Assembly (NCBI GenBank): GCA_965209155.1
Contig: OZ242383.1
Location: 2,752,001-2,816,000 of the forward strand
From: a bacterium
GTDB lineage: Bacteria; SAR324; NAC60-12
Reading direction: 5' to 3'
Length of the DNA: 64,000 bases
A program made the position numbers and the translations under genes. Position 1 is the first letter of the stretch; the number at the start of each line of letters is the position of its first letter. The notes below the pieces were generated by a model that saw only the letters and a program-made list of their open reading frames with translations, was not told where the DNA came from and searched no databases. This document shows, piece by piece, positions 39,759 through 51,370 of this stretch.

Positions 39759-41065
39759 AAAAAGAAACCATCAAGCTATTTGATGTAGGAACTCTTGCTA
39801 ATGGTTCAGCTTTTGAAGTGGATCGACCTGAAACAGATTTTTACTCGCGACGTGGGTTCATTGCGACTTTAGGCAAGGGAACGCTATTCACCACGTTGGG
39901 TATTTTCGGTGCTGGTTCAGGAGCCGCCTTCAAAGGTCTGTTTGGTAGGGGTCTCACACCTGTTGCCTGGGCTGGACTTCCAGAAGACGTTCTTCCCAAA
40001 CCCGATATGCTGGTCCATACGGAGAAGCCTTTTAACGGTGAATTTTCCCCTCATTTGCTCGACGATGATATCACACCCACGGCCAGGCATTTCGTGCGCA
40101 ATAACAGCGGCATCCCGGAACGAGCTCATCGAAAAGAACTAGAGGGATGGAAACTGGTTATCGATGGAGAGGTTCACAGAAAACTTGAAATTTCAATGGA
40201 AGAATTGATTCGTTTTCCGCAATCAACCCTCAAAGTGGTGGTGGAGTGCGCGGGGAATGGCCGGAGTCTGTTCACACCCAAGGTCAGCGGTACGCCGTGG
40301 ATTCGTGGAGCGGTTGCCTGCAGCGAATGGACAGGGGTACGCTTACGGGACGTCTTGAATTTTGCAGGTTTGAAGACGACCGCCATCTATACCGGACACT
40401 ATGGCGAAGACCGGCCGGCCGGCCGGGGCGAGCCTTTTTCACGAGGGATTCCTATCGAAAAAGCCATGGATGCGCATACGCTGGTTGCTTTTAAGATGAA
40501 CGGTAAGGATTTACCGGCAGCACACGGATTTCCCGCAAGGCTAATCGTTCCCGGGTGGGTCGGGAGTTCCATGCAGAAGTGGCTCAACCACATCTGGATC
40601 AGGGATCGAATTCATGACTCGGCAGCAATGAGTGGTTATTCTTATCGCATACCCGTCCATCCGCCTGTCCCGGGAAAAAAGCCTCCGGAAGAAGATATGC
40701 TTATTGCAACTTCACATCGGGTCAAGTCGCTCATTACCACACCTCAATCTAACGTGGAACTCCGGGTCGGGGCCCCAATCAAGGTCAGGGGGCACGCTTG
40801 GGCTGGAGAACAAGCAATCAAAAAAGTCCTTGTTTCTACCGACTTCGGAATCCGGTGGAAAGAAACCCGTTTGACGTCACCAGCGAATAAATATGCCTGG
40901 TATTCCTGGGAAAGCAAACTTCGATTTGCTAACAGAGGCTATTATGAAATCTGGGCACGGGCTTTTGACGATGCCGGAAACGCGCAACCTTTCAGACAAC
41001 CGTGGAATCCCAAAGGATATCTTGGAAACGTCATTCACCGGGTTCCGCTTTTGCTGCGCGCATGA
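39755..41065 (+). CDS. Sulfite-oxidase-family molybdopterin enzyme (SorA/SoxC-like), Tat-exported
   Basis: SRRGFI twin-arginine motif, HFVRN, ECAGNGR (Mo-ligating Cys), WTGVRLRDVL, HGFPARL.VPGW.G, KWL. Confidence 0.9.
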   Translation: MKKETIKLFDVGTLANGSAFEVDRPETDFYSRRGFIATLGKGTLFTTLGIFGAGSGAAFKGLFGRGLTPVAWAGLPEDVLPKPDMLVHTEKPFNGEFSPHLLDDDITPTARHFVRNNSGIPERAHRKELEGWKLVIDGEVHRKLEISMEELIRFPQSTLKVVVECAGNGRSLFTPKVSGTPWIRGAVACSEWTGVRLRDVLNFAGLKTTAIYTGHYGEDRPAGRGEPFSRGIPIEKAMDAHTLVAFKMNGKDLPAAHGFPARLIVPGWVGSSMQKWLNHIWIRDRIHDSAAMSGYSYRIPVHPPVPGKKPPEEDMLIATSHRVKSLITTPQSNVELRVGAPIKVRGHAWAGEQAIKKVLVSTDFGIRWKETRLTSPANKYAWYSWESKLRFANRGYYEIWARAFDDAGNAQPFRQPWNPKGYLGNVIHRVPLLLRA

Positions 41066-41143
41066 GTGGGGAGATCTCTTATGCCATTCACGGGAAGTGC
41101 TGTTTAGTGAGCGACAATGATTTTCTGAAAAATCTTGCAAAAA

Positions 41144-41755
41144 TTATTGGAATGAGCTGAGCAAGTTCAACGCTTTCTTGAACTGGTCTTCAAATGATTC
41201 TCCATCAGCCTGTACCTTTCCCAGAACAGCTAACACGTCTTTCTCCGAAAATCCCATATTGATTAATGAAGAAAACAGTTCATTGCCCTGAGCCGATGCT
41301 GCAGCCGGGGCCGCGGTGTGAAATGGACTCTTATCGATTCCTCCGATGGGATGTTTCTGTAATTGATCGCTCATGTCCAGGCATAATTTGGAAGCCGTTT
41401 TTTTACCAATTCCGGGAACAGCACTGAATTGGGAGATATTCTGACTGAAAATTGCCTGAATCAATTGAGCGGGGCGTAGTGCGGAAAGGATGACGATGCC
41501 CAGCTTGGGTCCCACTCCGGAGGTCTTGATGAGCATTTCGAATAATTTTTTTTCTTCGAGGGAAGCAAAGCCATACAGGGTGATCTCGCCTTCACGCACG
41601 TGAGTGTGCACATGGTATTGCCCCCTTTCGTTTTTTACCGCTTCCAAAAGCAGAACCTGAGGCAGGAACAACTGGTAGCCAACTCCAGAAGCAGTTTGCA
41701 GGAGCAGGTAATCCGTTTCGATTGTATGGACGATTCCTTCAAGATAAGCGATCAT
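41144..41755 (-). CDS. ruvA: Holliday junction DNA helicase subunit RuvA
   Basis: MIAYLEG, GVGY, HVRE..LYGF, SGVGPK, VPGIGKKTA. Confidence 0.96.
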   Translation of the reverse strand: MIAYLEGIVHTIETDYLLLQTASGVGYQLFLPQVLLLEAVKNERGQYHVHTHVREGEITLYGFASLEEKKLFEMLIKTSGVGPKLGIVILSALRPAQLIQAIFSQNISQFSAVPGIGKKTASKLCLDMSDQLQKHPIGGIDKSPFHTAAPAAASAQGNELFSSLINMGFSEKDVLAVLGKVQADGESFEDQFKKALNLLSSFQ

Positions 41756-42245
41756 TCCGTTTCAAGTGAGGAAGGTAATGAGCATGAGTGATGGCCACGG
41801 CCAATGCATCCGATTCATCGTCGCTCATCCGTGAATGGGGACGATTGACCAAGATGCGTACCATGTGTTGGACTTGTTCTTTGGAGGCACGTCCCACACC
41901 CACGAGAGTTTGTTTGACTTGCAAAGGCGTGTATTCATAAACAGGCAGCTGGTGTCGTGCCAATTGGAGCAAGGCAATCCCCCGGGCATGCCCCAGGATC
42001 AATACGGATTTGACGTTTTTTGCAAAAAAAATTGCTTCGATCGATCCACTATCCGGTCGGAATTTCTGAATAACTTCATCCAGTTGATCGTTGAGAATCA
42101 ACAAGCGCTTTGCCAGGGAAGTGGATTCATTCAAGACGATAACGCCACTGCCCAAGTAACGGTTGCAATTGTTGAGGTTTTCGATGATGCCATACCCGGT
42201 TTTCCGACTTCCAGGGTCAATACCGATAATGATCATGACTGCCAA
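41739..42245 (-). CDS. ruvC: Holliday junction resolvase RuvC
   Basis: IGIDPGSRKTGYG, LGHARG, EYTP.QVK, G.ASKEQV, DESDALAVA. Confidence 0.97.
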   Translation of the reverse strand: MAVMIIIGIDPGSRKTGYGIIENLNNCNRYLGSGVIVLNESTSLAKRLLILNDQLDEVIQKFRPDSGSIEAIFFAKNVKSVLILGHARGIALLQLARHQLPVYEYTPLQVKQTLVGVGRASKEQVQHMVRILVNRPHSRMSDDESDALAVAITHAHYLPHLKRNDRLS

Positions 42246-42300
42246 CCAGGTCTGGAATTTCAGTTATTTTTCCTGATCAACGTATGCAAAGTGAAAAAAC

Positions 42301-43056
42301 TCATTGAGACATTTCCGTCAGAATGCGGTCGCTGATATCGAAGTTGGAATAAACTTTCTGTACGTCGTCATGGTCTTCCAACTGGTCCAACAAGCGCATC
42401 ACCTGTCCGGCTTTTTTTAGATCGTCGATTTCAACGCGATTTTGAGGAACCCAGGCGATGTTGGCTTCGGCCATCGTAATATGCTGATCTTCCAGGGCGT
42501 TGCGTACTTCGGCAAAATCCGCAATCGAGGTGATTACTTCAAATTGTTCCGGATGATCGGAATTCATGTCTTCAGCCCCCACCTGCAAAATGACTTCCAT
42601 GAGATTTTCTTCCTCGATAACGGATTTATTGACATAAATCTGGCCGATGTGATCGAACATGTATTGCACCGAATTGGTGGAACCGAGGTTCCCTCCAAGT
42701 TTGCTGAAGGTACTGCGGACAAAGGCGACGGTGCGGTTGCGATTATCCGTCATCGATTCGACGATCAAGGCGACGTTGTGCGGACCATAGCCTTCAAAAA
42801 GAATTTCCTCAAAATGGACGCCGTCCAACTCACCAGTTCCCTTTTTGATGGCGCGCTCAATATTTTCCTTGGGCATACTTTGCGCTTTCGCATTGGTGAT
42901 TGCGGTGCGTAATCTGGGATTGGCTTCGGGGTCACCTCCTCCCATACGGGCAGCGATGGTGACTTCTTTGATCAATTTGGAGAATATTTTCCCGCGTTTG
43001 GCATCTTGTGCTCCTTTACGGTGTTTGATGGTACTCCATTTGCTGTGTCCGGACAT
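42301..43056 (-). CDS. yebC: YebC/PmpR family protein
   Basis: [39 protein letters not shown]. Confidence 0.97.
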   Translation of the reverse strand: MSGHSKWSTIKHRKGAQDAKRGKIFSKLIKEVTIAARMGGGDPEANPRLRTAITNAKAQSMPKENIERAIKKGTGELDGVHFEEILFEGYGPHNVALIVESMTDNRNRTVAFVRSTFSKLGGNLGSTNSVQYMFDHIGQIYVNKSVIEEENLMEVILQVGAEDMNSDHPEQFEVITSIADFAEVRNALEDQHITMAEANIAWVPQNRVEIDDLKKAGQVMRLLDQLEDHDDVQKVYSNFDISDRILTEMSQ

Positions 43057-43318
43057 AAACGACCCCTTAAACAAGAATTGAAAAGCGCAGGAGGTACATG
43101 AACCATGTAGCAGAAAGCCATCATACAATAATTGCAGGCAAAAAATCCATTTTTTAAAATCGTTTCATATGCCGACGAAACAAATCAGCTCATCTGGTTT
43201 TTCTTTTTTACGAAGCCATAGTAGGGTATGATAAGTTCTGAAAAAAAACAGCGCGCATCATTAATATTCTGGAATACAGGATCAGTCCCTGACCACTAAT
43301 TCTGCGGAAAATTTCTTC

Positions 43319-44521
43319 ATGTTTGATTCCCTCACCCGGCAATTCTCCCATCGGTTGGACTTGAAGTACGGTTGTAATCCTCATCAAAAGCCTGCAGGAA
43401 TCTTCTCACTGGACGATCAATCATTTCCATTTGAAGTATTGAACGGTAAGCCGGGGTATATAAATTTACTCGATGCCATGAATGCCTGGCAACTCGTCAT
43501 GGAACTGGATAACGCTCTGGCAATGCCCGCTGCGACTTCTTTCAAACATGTCAGCCCTGCCGGAGCAGCGGTTGCGATTCCCTTGAATGACCTGGTCCGG
43601 CAAGTTTATGAATGTCCCGAACTGGATTTGAGTCCATTAGCCACGGCGTATATTCGAGCTCGGGGGGCGGATCCTATGTCTTCTTTTGGAGATTTCATTG
43701 CCTTGAGCCGGCCGGTAGACCTCCACACTGCCCGAATTATCAAATCAGCGGTCTCCGATGGTATGATCGCGCCGGATTACGAAGCAGAAGCGCTTGAAAT
43801 ATTGAAAGCAAAAAAGCGGGGAAGCTATCTTCTGTTGAAAGCAAATCCGGATTATCGTCCTCCGGAATTGGAATATCGGGAAGTGTTTGGATTGGGGTTT
43901 GCGCAGAAACGTAATTCGATCATCTTGGACGAAACGAGTTTATTCCAGCAAATTCCAACAAAAAACAAAAAGCTGAACCCATCCGCCAGACGGGATTTGA
44001 TTCTTGCTGCGATTACGCTCAAATACACGCAGTCGAATTCGATTGGATATGCCCTGGATGGGCAAATGATTGGAATTGGCGCAGGACAGCAAAGCCGCAT
44101 CGACTGCACGAAGCTTGCCGGGCGTAAAACAGAAACCTGGTTCTTGCGTCTGCATCCTCGAGTGCTGAACTTACCCTTTAAAAATGAAGTGAAACAGGTA
44201 GACCGTACCAATGCGCGGGTTTGTTTTATCGAAGGCGACATGACGTCTCGGGAAATTGAAGTCTGGGAGCAATATTTTAAGCAACGACCCGATCCTTTGA
44301 GTGAGGAAGAAAAGAAATCCTGGTTAGACAACTTACAAGGAGTCAGTCTGGCTTCTGATGCCTTCTTCCCTTTCCGGGACAATATCGATCAAGCAGCCAG
44401 ACGAGGGGTTCGTCATATCGTTCAACCCGGTGGTAGCATACGGGATGAAGAGATCGTGGAAGCAGCCAATGAATACGAGATGGTGATGGCGTTTTCTAAG
44501 ATCCGCCTCTTCCATCATTGA
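43319..44521 (+). CDS. purH: AICAR transformylase (PurH C-terminal-domain-only form)
   Basis: LKYGCNPHQ, SFKHVSPAGAA, KYTQSNS, GAGQQSRIDC, SDAFFPF.DN, QPGGS, RLFHH; lacks the N-terminal IMP cyclohydrolase domain. Confidence 0.88.
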   Translation: MFDSLTRQFSHRLDLKYGCNPHQKPAGIFSLDDQSFPFEVLNGKPGYINLLDAMNAWQLVMELDNALAMPAATSFKHVSPAGAAVAIPLNDLVRQVYECPELDLSPLATAYIRARGADPMSSFGDFIALSRPVDLHTARIIKSAVSDGMIAPDYEAEALEILKAKKRGSYLLLKANPDYRPPELEYREVFGLGFAQKRNSIILDETSLFQQIPTKNKKLNPSARRDLILAAITLKYTQSNSIGYALDGQMIGIGAGQQSRIDCTKLAGRKTETWFLRLHPRVLNLPFKNEVKQVDRTNARVCFIEGDMTSREIEVWEQYFKQRPDPLSEEEKKSWLDNLQGVSLASDAFFPFRDNIDQAARRGVRHIVQPGGSIRDEEIVEAANEYEMVMAFSKIRLFHH

Positions 44522-44529
44522 TGCGATCT

Positions 44530-45519
44530 TTACTGGGAAATCGTGCTTTTCGTGGAATGGTGACGCGGGTTTTGGCTGTGCTGCCGGAATGCGTCAATGA
44601 GGTTGTCTTTGACTGTCCATTTTTGATTGACCCATTTCTGAATCAATTCTCGAAACTCCGGATCGCGCCGGTAGTCACGTCGAATGAAGTCATCAGGAAT
44701 GGGAAGCAGTTCCGCATGAACCATGATTTGATGGGAAGGGCCAAAAATGATATCCCACATCGTCATCCTGGGTTTTGAATAAGCAATCGTCACGTCAATC
44801 GCCGCTGTCAAATAGTCTCCCATGCTATAAAGCACCAAAGCCGTCCCTCCGGCTCTGGGAAGGAGCAAGTGCCGGTATGGCGTCTTTTGGGTGACCGCTT
44901 TCTTTGCGCAGTAGCGTGTTCCTTCTAAAAAATTAACGATGGTTGTGGGAATGTCTTTGAATTTTTCACAAGAATGCCGGGTTGTTTCCAAATCCCTGTC
45001 TTTATCTTCCGGGTGTTTTTCCAGGTACCTTTTCGAATAACGTTTCATGATTGGAAAATCCATTGCCCAGAAGACTGCGCCTAAAACGGGGTACCACATT
45101 AATTCTTCTTTGACAAAAAATTTAGGAAAAGGAATCTTATGGTTAAATGCCTTGAAAATTACAAAGATGTCAGCCCAGCTTTGGTGGTTGGAAATTAAAA
45201 AATACCATTGGTCGGCTCTCAATTCTTCTGGAATGTCAATTTTCCATTGATGGTTTTTGAGCAAATCCAACATCAAATTGTTTCCATCCGCCCAGAATGA
45301 GACGATTCTCGTGAGGAATACGGAGCCATGGGCTGAAAAGGGAGTGCGATCGCTGAGTGGTTTCAAACAAATGGCGGGGATCATGATACTGAAGCAAACA
45401 ATAGTATTGATCAACAAGAACAGGAAGAAAAGTAACCCTGACAACAATGCGAACAACTGCCATCTTTCGCAGGGTTCATCTTTTACGCTATACTTTTTTA
45501 ACACTCTTGAAAATTCCAT
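44530..45519 (-). CDS. PlsC/YihG-like acyltransferase
   Basis: SNHQSWADI (HxxxxD), KFFVKEEL, FLEGTR, LLLPRAGG. Confidence 0.9.
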   Translation of the reverse strand: MEFSRVLKKYSVKDEPCERWQLFALLSGLLFFLFLLINTIVCFSIMIPAICLKPLSDRTPFSAHGSVFLTRIVSFWADGNNLMLDLLKNHQWKIDIPEELRADQWYFLISNHQSWADIFVIFKAFNHKIPFPKFFVKEELMWYPVLGAVFWAMDFPIMKRYSKRYLEKHPEDKDRDLETTRHSCEKFKDIPTTIVNFLEGTRYCAKKAVTQKTPYRHLLLPRAGGTALVLYSMGDYLTAAIDVTIAYSKPRMTMWDIIFGPSHQIMVHAELLPIPDDFIRRDYRRDPEFRELIQKWVNQKWTVKDNLIDAFRQHSQNPRHHSTKSTISQ

Positions 45520-45525
45520 AAGAAT

Positions 45526-47121
45526 TCAACCTTCGAATGCAGTCTCCAACAACTCCCGGGTGTATGCATGCCGTGGTTGAGAAAAAATCTGACTGGCATA
45601 GCCATATTCCATCACTTCTCCTTTTTTCATCACCAATATCTCATGGCAGAGGGATTTGATGATTTTCAAGTCATGGCTGATGAAAATATAGGTCAATCCG
45701 TATTGCTCTTGTAACGTTTTCAGTAATTGAATCACTTGAAATTGCACCGAACGGTCCAATGAAGAGGTGGGTTCATCCAGGACGATAAAGTCCGGTTTCA
45801 ACACAAGAGCGCGAGCCATGGCGATACGTTGCCGTTGTCCCCCGGAAAACTCATTGGGATAGCGATGTCTGGTCTCAGGGTCGAGCTCCACTTCTTCCAT
45901 GACCCGGATGATTTCCTGGTCGATTTCCCCAGGAGAGGCGTCGCTATGAATTCGCAGCCCCTCTCCGATGATTTGAGCCACGGAAAGACGAGGGCTCAAA
46001 CTACCAAAAGGATCTTGAAAAATGATCTGCATGCGCCTGCGCAATGGGCGCATTTCCTTGTTGGAAAATCGATGCAACTGCTGGTTTTGGAATTGGATCT
46101 TCCCTTCGCTTTCCACCAATCGCAGGAGTGCCAATCCCGTAGTGGATTTTCCGGAACCGCTTTCCCCGACAATTCCCAGCGTCTGCCCTTTTTTTACCTG
46201 AAAAGAGATGTCGTTGACCGCTTTGACATAACCCAGTGTCCGGCGTAGGATGCCCCGCTGGATGGGAAACCAGACTTTGAGATTTTCAACGTGGATCAAG
46301 GGCTCCCGACCCGACTTCGCCTGTTGTGGTTTCCCTTTCGGCTCCGAATCGAGCAAGAGGCGCGTATATTGATGCCGGGGATTGTGAAAGAGAGTCGAGG
46401 TAGTGGCCTGTTCGACGATTTCTCCTTGCCGCATCACCGCCACCCGGTCGGAAATACGTTGGACGATACCCAGGTCGTGGGTGATAAAAAGGATGGCCAT
46501 ACCCAGTTCATTTTGCAGTTCTTTGATCAAAGCCAGAATTTGGGCCTGGACAGTGACATCGAGCGCGGTGGTCGGCTCATCGGCAATGAGCAAATCGGGG
46601 TTGTTAGCCAGGGCCATGGCGATCATGACCCGTTGTTGTTCGCCGCCGGATAATTGATGCGGATAGGCTGTCAATCGTTTTTGAGGATCACGAATTTCGA
46701 CGCGTTCCAACCATTCCAAACTACGCCGAGTTGCTTGGGGCGTCGTCAATCCTTGATGCAGAGAAAGGGTTTCATTCAATTGTTTCCGGATGGTATGAAG
46801 AGGGTTCAACGACATCATCGGTTCTTGAAAGATGACGCTGATGCGATTTCCGCGAATACGCTGCAGTTCCTGTTCCGGAAGTCGCAGCGTGTCTTGTCCC
46901 TTATACCAGATCTGTCCCCGGGGATAAACGGCAGGCGGCATCGGAAGGAGACGCAGGATGGACATGGCCGTGACAGTTTTTCCAGAACCGCTTTCACCCA
47001 CCAGCGCCAGTACTTCCCCCGGGTGGACATCCAGTGATGCGTGTTGGACGACAGGGTCGACCTGAACTCCTTTCTGGAAAGCAATCGTCAAATCCTGTAT
47101 ACGAACCAAGGTCTCTGTCAT
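45526..47121 (-). CDS. yejF: Microcin C/peptide ABC transporter double ATPase
   Basis: Two GESGSGK(T/S) Walker A motifs, SGG.QQR/QRQR, DEPT; operon context. Confidence 0.92.
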   Translation of the reverse strand: MTETLVRIQDLTIAFQKGVQVDPVVQHASLDVHPGEVLALVGESGSGKTVTAMSILRLLPMPPAVYPRGQIWYKGQDTLRLPEQELQRIRGNRISVIFQEPMMSLNPLHTIRKQLNETLSLHQGLTTPQATRRSLEWLERVEIRDPQKRLTAYPHQLSGGEQQRVMIAMALANNPDLLIADEPTTALDVTVQAQILALIKELQNELGMAILFITHDLGIVQRISDRVAVMRQGEIVEQATTSTLFHNPRHQYTRLLLDSEPKGKPQQAKSGREPLIHVENLKVWFPIQRGILRRTLGYVKAVNDISFQVKKGQTLGIVGESGSGKSTTGLALLRLVESEGKIQFQNQQLHRFSNKEMRPLRRRMQIIFQDPFGSLSPRLSVAQIIGEGLRIHSDASPGEIDQEIIRVMEEVELDPETRHRYPNEFSGGQRQRIAMARALVLKPDFIVLDEPTSSLDRSVQFQVIQLLKTLQEQYGLTYIFISHDLKIIKSLCHEILVMKKGEVMEYGYASQIFSQPRHAYTRELLETAFEG

Positions 47122-47127
47122 GATTTT

Positions 47128-48150
47128 CTAATAGCTCCTGCGTGGATCAAATGCGTCTCGCACCGCTTCACCAATGAATACCAGCAAGCTGAGCATGGCG
47201 GCTAGTATGATGAAAGCGGATATACCAAGCCAGGGGGCTTGAAGATTGGCTTTCCCCTGGGCGAGGAGTTCTCCCAGGGAGGGAGAGCCAACAGGCAGTC
47301 CGAATCCTAAAAAATCCAGGGAAGTGAGGGTTGTGATGGAGCCCCCAAGGATGAAAGGCAGGAATGTCAGCGAAGCGACCATCGCATTGGGCAAAATATG
47401 ACGAAACATGATTTGACCGTCACTGACCCCGAGCGCTTTTGCTGCCCGTACATAGTCAAAATTTCGCCCTCGGAGGAATTCGGCTCTTACCACGCCAACC
47501 AACGCCATCCAGCCGAAAAGCAGGGTGATCCCCAATAACCACCAAAAGTTGGGTTGAACGACACTGGAAAGAATGATCAGCAAAAACAGCGTCGGCATAC
47601 CGGACCAGATTTCGATAAAGCGCTGACCTAGAATGTCGACACGCCCTCCGTAATACCCTTGCACGGCACCCGCTGCGATACCGATAAGGGATGAGAAAAA
47701 TGTCAGTAGAAGTCCAAAAAAAACCGAAATGCGAAAACCATAAATCAAGCGGGCCACCACATCTCGCCCCTTATCATCGGTTCCTAACCAGTTGTCCCGG
47801 GTTGGAGGAGAAGGAGCGGGGCTGGGAAGGTCGTAATTGATGGTGTTGTAACTGAAAGGAATCGGAGGATAGAGCAACCATCCTTTCGCCAGGATCAATT
47901 CTCGGACATATTCATCACGATAATCCGCCTCGGTGTCGAATTCTCCCCCAAATTCGGTTTCCGCGTATTCGAATAAGAAAGGGAAAAAATACTGGGATTG
48001 ATACTGTACAAGCAAAGGCTTATCGTTGGCAATCAATTCAGCTACAATACTCCCTGAGAACAAAAAAGCGAAAACCCAGAGCGACCAATATCCCCGGCGA
48101 TTGGCTTTGAATTTATTCCAACGCTCCTGGTAAAGCGGAGTCCACTTCAT
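47128..48150 (-). CDS. yejE: Peptide ABC transporter permease
   Basis: FKANRRGYWSLW, ELIANDKPL, LGTDDKGRDV.ARLIYGFRIS. Confidence 0.93.
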   Translation of the reverse strand: MKWTPLYQERWNKFKANRRGYWSLWVFAFLFSGSIVAELIANDKPLLVQYQSQYFFPFLFEYAETEFGGEFDTEADYRDEYVRELILAKGWLLYPPIPFSYNTINYDLPSPAPSPPTRDNWLGTDDKGRDVVARLIYGFRISVFFGLLLTFFSSLIGIAAGAVQGYYGGRVDILGQRFIEIWSGMPTLFLLIILSSVVQPNFWWLLGITLLFGWMALVGVVRAEFLRGRNFDYVRAAKALGVSDGQIMFRHILPNAMVASLTFLPFILGGSITTLTSLDFLGFGLPVGSPSLGELLAQGKANLQAPWLGISAFIILAAMLSLLVFIGEAVRDAFDPRRSY

Positions 48151-48161
48151 CCAACCTCCTT

Positions 48162-49259
48162 TCAGCGACTTTCAAAATCGATTCGAGGATCAACAACAGT
48201 ATAGGTCAAGTCACTGATCAGTCCCAACACGAGTCCCAGCAGAGTAAAGATATAAAGAGTGCTGAACATCACCGGATAGTCCCTTTGAATGATCGCTTCA
48301 AATCCCAGCAACCCCAATCCTTCGAGAGAAAAAATCACTTCGATGAGCATGGAACCGGTAAAAAACATACTGATGAAGGCAGAGGGGAATCCGGCAATGA
48401 TGATCAACATTGCATTACGAAATACGTGATTATAGAGCACTTGCGTTTCCTTGAGCCCCTTGGATCGGGCAGTCATGACGTATTGTTTTTGGATTTCATC
48501 GAGAAATGAATTTTTCGACAAGAAGGTCAGGGTAGCAAAACCACCAATCACGATGGAAATGATCGGCAGGGTCATGTGCCAGAAATAGTCTATGATTTTT
48601 TCAAACCAGTTCAGTTCTGCGAAATTGACGGAGACCAGTCCCCGCAAGGGAAACCAATCCAGATAGGTCCCTCCTGCAAAAAAAATGATCAATGCGATTG
48701 CAAAAAGGAAACCCGGGATGGCGTTGCCTAGAATGACCACGGTACTGGTCCAGACGTCGAAGCGGCTGCTGTGCCGGACGGCTTTGCGAATACCGAGGGG
48801 AATGCAGACCAGGTAGATAATCAACGTGCTCCAGATTCCCAGGGAAACGGAAACCGGCAGGCGTTCGACAATCAGATCGATGACAGTGCGTCCACGAAAG
48901 AGACTTTCTCCAAAATCGAAGAAAAAATAGTCCTTCAACATCTCCAGATAGCGGATATGAAGGGGCTTGTCGAAACCAAAGCGTTTTTCAATGGCGGCGA
49001 TCACTTCGGGATCAAGACCTCGGGCCCCACGGTAGGTACTCTGCTGGTCTTCCCCGCGAGCCGGGGCTTGTTGCTGTACTTCGGTTTGGTTGGCTCCGGA
49101 AACGCGTTCCATCAAACCGGAACCCGTCCCGGTGATGTTGGCGATCATTTGTTCAACGGGACCGCCCGGGGCAATTTGCACCACAAAGAAATTGATCGTG
49201 ATAATAGCCCATAAAGTGGGAACGATCAGCAACAATCGACGAACGATATAGGCAGCCAT
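48162..49259 (-). CDS. yejB: Peptide ABC transporter permease
   Basis: [44 protein letters not shown]. Confidence 0.94.
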   Translation of the reverse strand: MAAYIVRRLLLIVPTLWAIITINFFVVQIAPGGPVEQMIANITGTGSGLMERVSGANQTEVQQQAPARGEDQQSTYRGARGLDPEVIAAIEKRFGFDKPLHIRYLEMLKDYFFFDFGESLFRGRTVIDLIVERLPVSVSLGIWSTLIIYLVCIPLGIRKAVRHSSRFDVWTSTVVILGNAIPGFLFAIALIIFFAGGTYLDWFPLRGLVSVNFAELNWFEKIIDYFWHMTLPIISIVIGGFATLTFLSKNSFLDEIQKQYVMTARSKGLKETQVLYNHVFRNAMLIIIAGFPSAFISMFFTGSMLIEVIFSLEGLGLLGFEAIIQRDYPVMFSTLYIFTLLGLVLGLISDLTYTVVDPRIDFESR

Positions 49260-49277
49260 GAGTTTGAGAACCTCTCA

Positions 49278-51092
49278 CTACCGGGCTACATTGCGTTCTG
49301 GTAGTTTCCTTTCCTTCTCCGGGTCCACCCACCAGGTATCGATCCCAATGGCGTATTTGGGACGTATTGCGGGACGAGAAAACTTATTCCAATAGGCGAC
49401 TCGAAAAATGCTGATATGCCATTCGGGCATGACATAGAAATTCCATTGCAGGATCCGGTCAAAAGCGCGACCATAATGCAACAAAGCTTCTTCATCCTGC
49501 TGCGAAGCTTCGATACCGTCCACCATCGCGTCGACGGCTGGATCCTGGACGCCAGCGGCATTATAGGTGTAATCCATATAATCAGAGCGCCAGACGATTT
49601 TCAAATCCGTACTCGGATAGTAATTGGCGCTAAAACCACCGGAAATCATGTCATAATCCCGTTCACGCAGCCGGTTCGTGAACTGGGTGGTGTCCACTTG
49701 CCTGATGTGCATTTTGACGCCCATGCGCTCCAGGTTGTTTTGGATGGGGACGGCAATCCGCTCCATAGTGGGACTGTAAATCAATAACTCGAACTCGAAC
49801 GGTTCTCCCGTTTCCATATTGGTGAGCACTTTGTCTTTGATCTCCCAGCCTGCTTCTTTGAAGAGTTTAAAGGCCTCAAGCATTTGAGGACGGATATTGC
49901 CGGAACCCTCCGTAACGGGCGGTTGGTACTCTTCGGTGAAAACTCGCTCCGGAATCTGGTCCCGTAAGGGTTCCAGAATTTTCAACTCTTCCGCACTGGG
50001 CAATCCTTTGGCTTCGTATTCAGAATTTTGAAAATAACTGCGTGTGCGCCTGTATTGGTTGTAGAAAAGATTTTTGTTCATCCATTCAAAATCCAACGCA
50101 TAATTCAATGCTTCCCTCACTCGAACGTCACTGAAAATAGGCTTTTGAATGTTGAAGACCAAAGCTTGCATTCCCTGGGGAATATCGTGCTCGATTTCTT
50201 CCTTGATGATGTATCCTTTTTCAAAATTAGGCCCCGTATACAATGTGGCCCATTGTTTGGAAACATTTTCACTCCGAAAATCAAACTCGCCTGCTTTGAA
50301 AGCTTCCAGGGAGACGGTTTGGTCCCGGTAGTAATCGTAACGGATTTGGTCGAAATTGTGTTGTCCCTTGTTGACGGGCAGATCAGCGGCCCAGTAATCT
50401 TTCACACGCTCGTAAATGATATACTGGCCGATTTTATAATCTTTGATCCTGTAAGCAGAGCTACCTATCGGTGGGACGGTGATCGGTTCGGAAAAATCGT
50501 GGGAATCCCAAAAATGGCGAGGCATGACATTCAGACCGGCGAGGGACAATAGAATTTCCTTGTTGCTCTCTTTCACTGAAAAGCGCACTTTGTGGGTATC
50601 CAAGGCAACCACTTCGCTCACGTCCTGATAGTACTGCTTGAATTGGGGTACCCCTTTTTCAAAAAAAGTATTGAAGGAAAATACCACGTCATCAGCAGTA
50701 ATGGGTGTCCCATCCTGAAATTGAGCTTTCGGATTCAAATGGAAAGTCATCCAGGTGAAATCTTCCGGATACTCGACCTTCTCGGCAATCAATCCATAAC
50801 TGACTTCGATTTCATCATCAGATTGCACCATCAGGGAATCATACAGATCTCCACTGCCTGCGGCAGCGACACCCCGCTGGGCAAAGCGGTGAAAATTATC
50901 ATACGTGCCAATCGCCGCAATCGTGAGCGTCCCTCCCTTCAACGCATTGGGATTGGCGTATTCAAAATGAGTAAAATCGGCAGCGTATTTGGGTTCGCCT
51001 CGCAGAGCAAGCGCGTGGGTGACAATCACCTGAGGAGCCGCCCAGATGGAGGAACTCCAGAATAAAATCATTAGAAAAATCAGCTTCTTCAT
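49278..51092 (-). CDS. yejA: Peptide ABC transporter substrate-binding protein
   Basis: GEPKYAADFTHFEYANPNA.KGG, DYWAADLPVNKG..NFD.IRYDYYRD. Confidence 0.93.
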   Translation of the reverse strand: MKKLIFLMILFWSSSIWAAPQVIVTHALALRGEPKYAADFTHFEYANPNALKGGTLTIAAIGTYDNFHRFAQRGVAAAGSGDLYDSLMVQSDDEIEVSYGLIAEKVEYPEDFTWMTFHLNPKAQFQDGTPITADDVVFSFNTFFEKGVPQFKQYYQDVSEVVALDTHKVRFSVKESNKEILLSLAGLNVMPRHFWDSHDFSEPITVPPIGSSAYRIKDYKIGQYIIYERVKDYWAADLPVNKGQHNFDQIRYDYYRDQTVSLEAFKAGEFDFRSENVSKQWATLYTGPNFEKGYIIKEEIEHDIPQGMQALVFNIQKPIFSDVRVREALNYALDFEWMNKNLFYNQYRRTRSYFQNSEYEAKGLPSAEELKILEPLRDQIPERVFTEEYQPPVTEGSGNIRPQMLEAFKLFKEAGWEIKDKVLTNMETGEPFEFELLIYSPTMERIAVPIQNNLERMGVKMHIRQVDTTQFTNRLRERDYDMISGGFSANYYPSTDLKIVWRSDYMDYTYNAAGVQDPAVDAMVDGIEASQQDEEALLHYGRAFDRILQWNFYVMPEWHISIFRVAYWNKFSRPAIRPKYAIGIDTWWVDPEKERKLPERNVAR

Positions 51093-51370
51093 AATATCCT
51101 CATATCAATTTCGTGAAAGGGAATTGTTGCTATTGGATTTGAATCCGATCCTTGAATAATACCATAAATTGAGTAACTTTGAAGTAAAAAATGTTCTTTT
51201 CTTTTACAGGCTTTTGTCTATTAAATTGCTTTCAGATATTCTGGAAACTTAGTTATGTTTGGTAATGCTGACGTTGGCAAGCGATCTTAAGCAACACCGA
51301 GACGATTATTTATTGATTGAATAATAGAGCGGATGGAGATACGCAAGGTTACCCTGAGTCAAGAGAACTC

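Noticed and set aside
43319..44521. Truncated purH pseudogene
   Set aside because: The transformylase-only ~390-400 aa form is a known intact variant; the ORF is uninterrupted with catalytic motifs present
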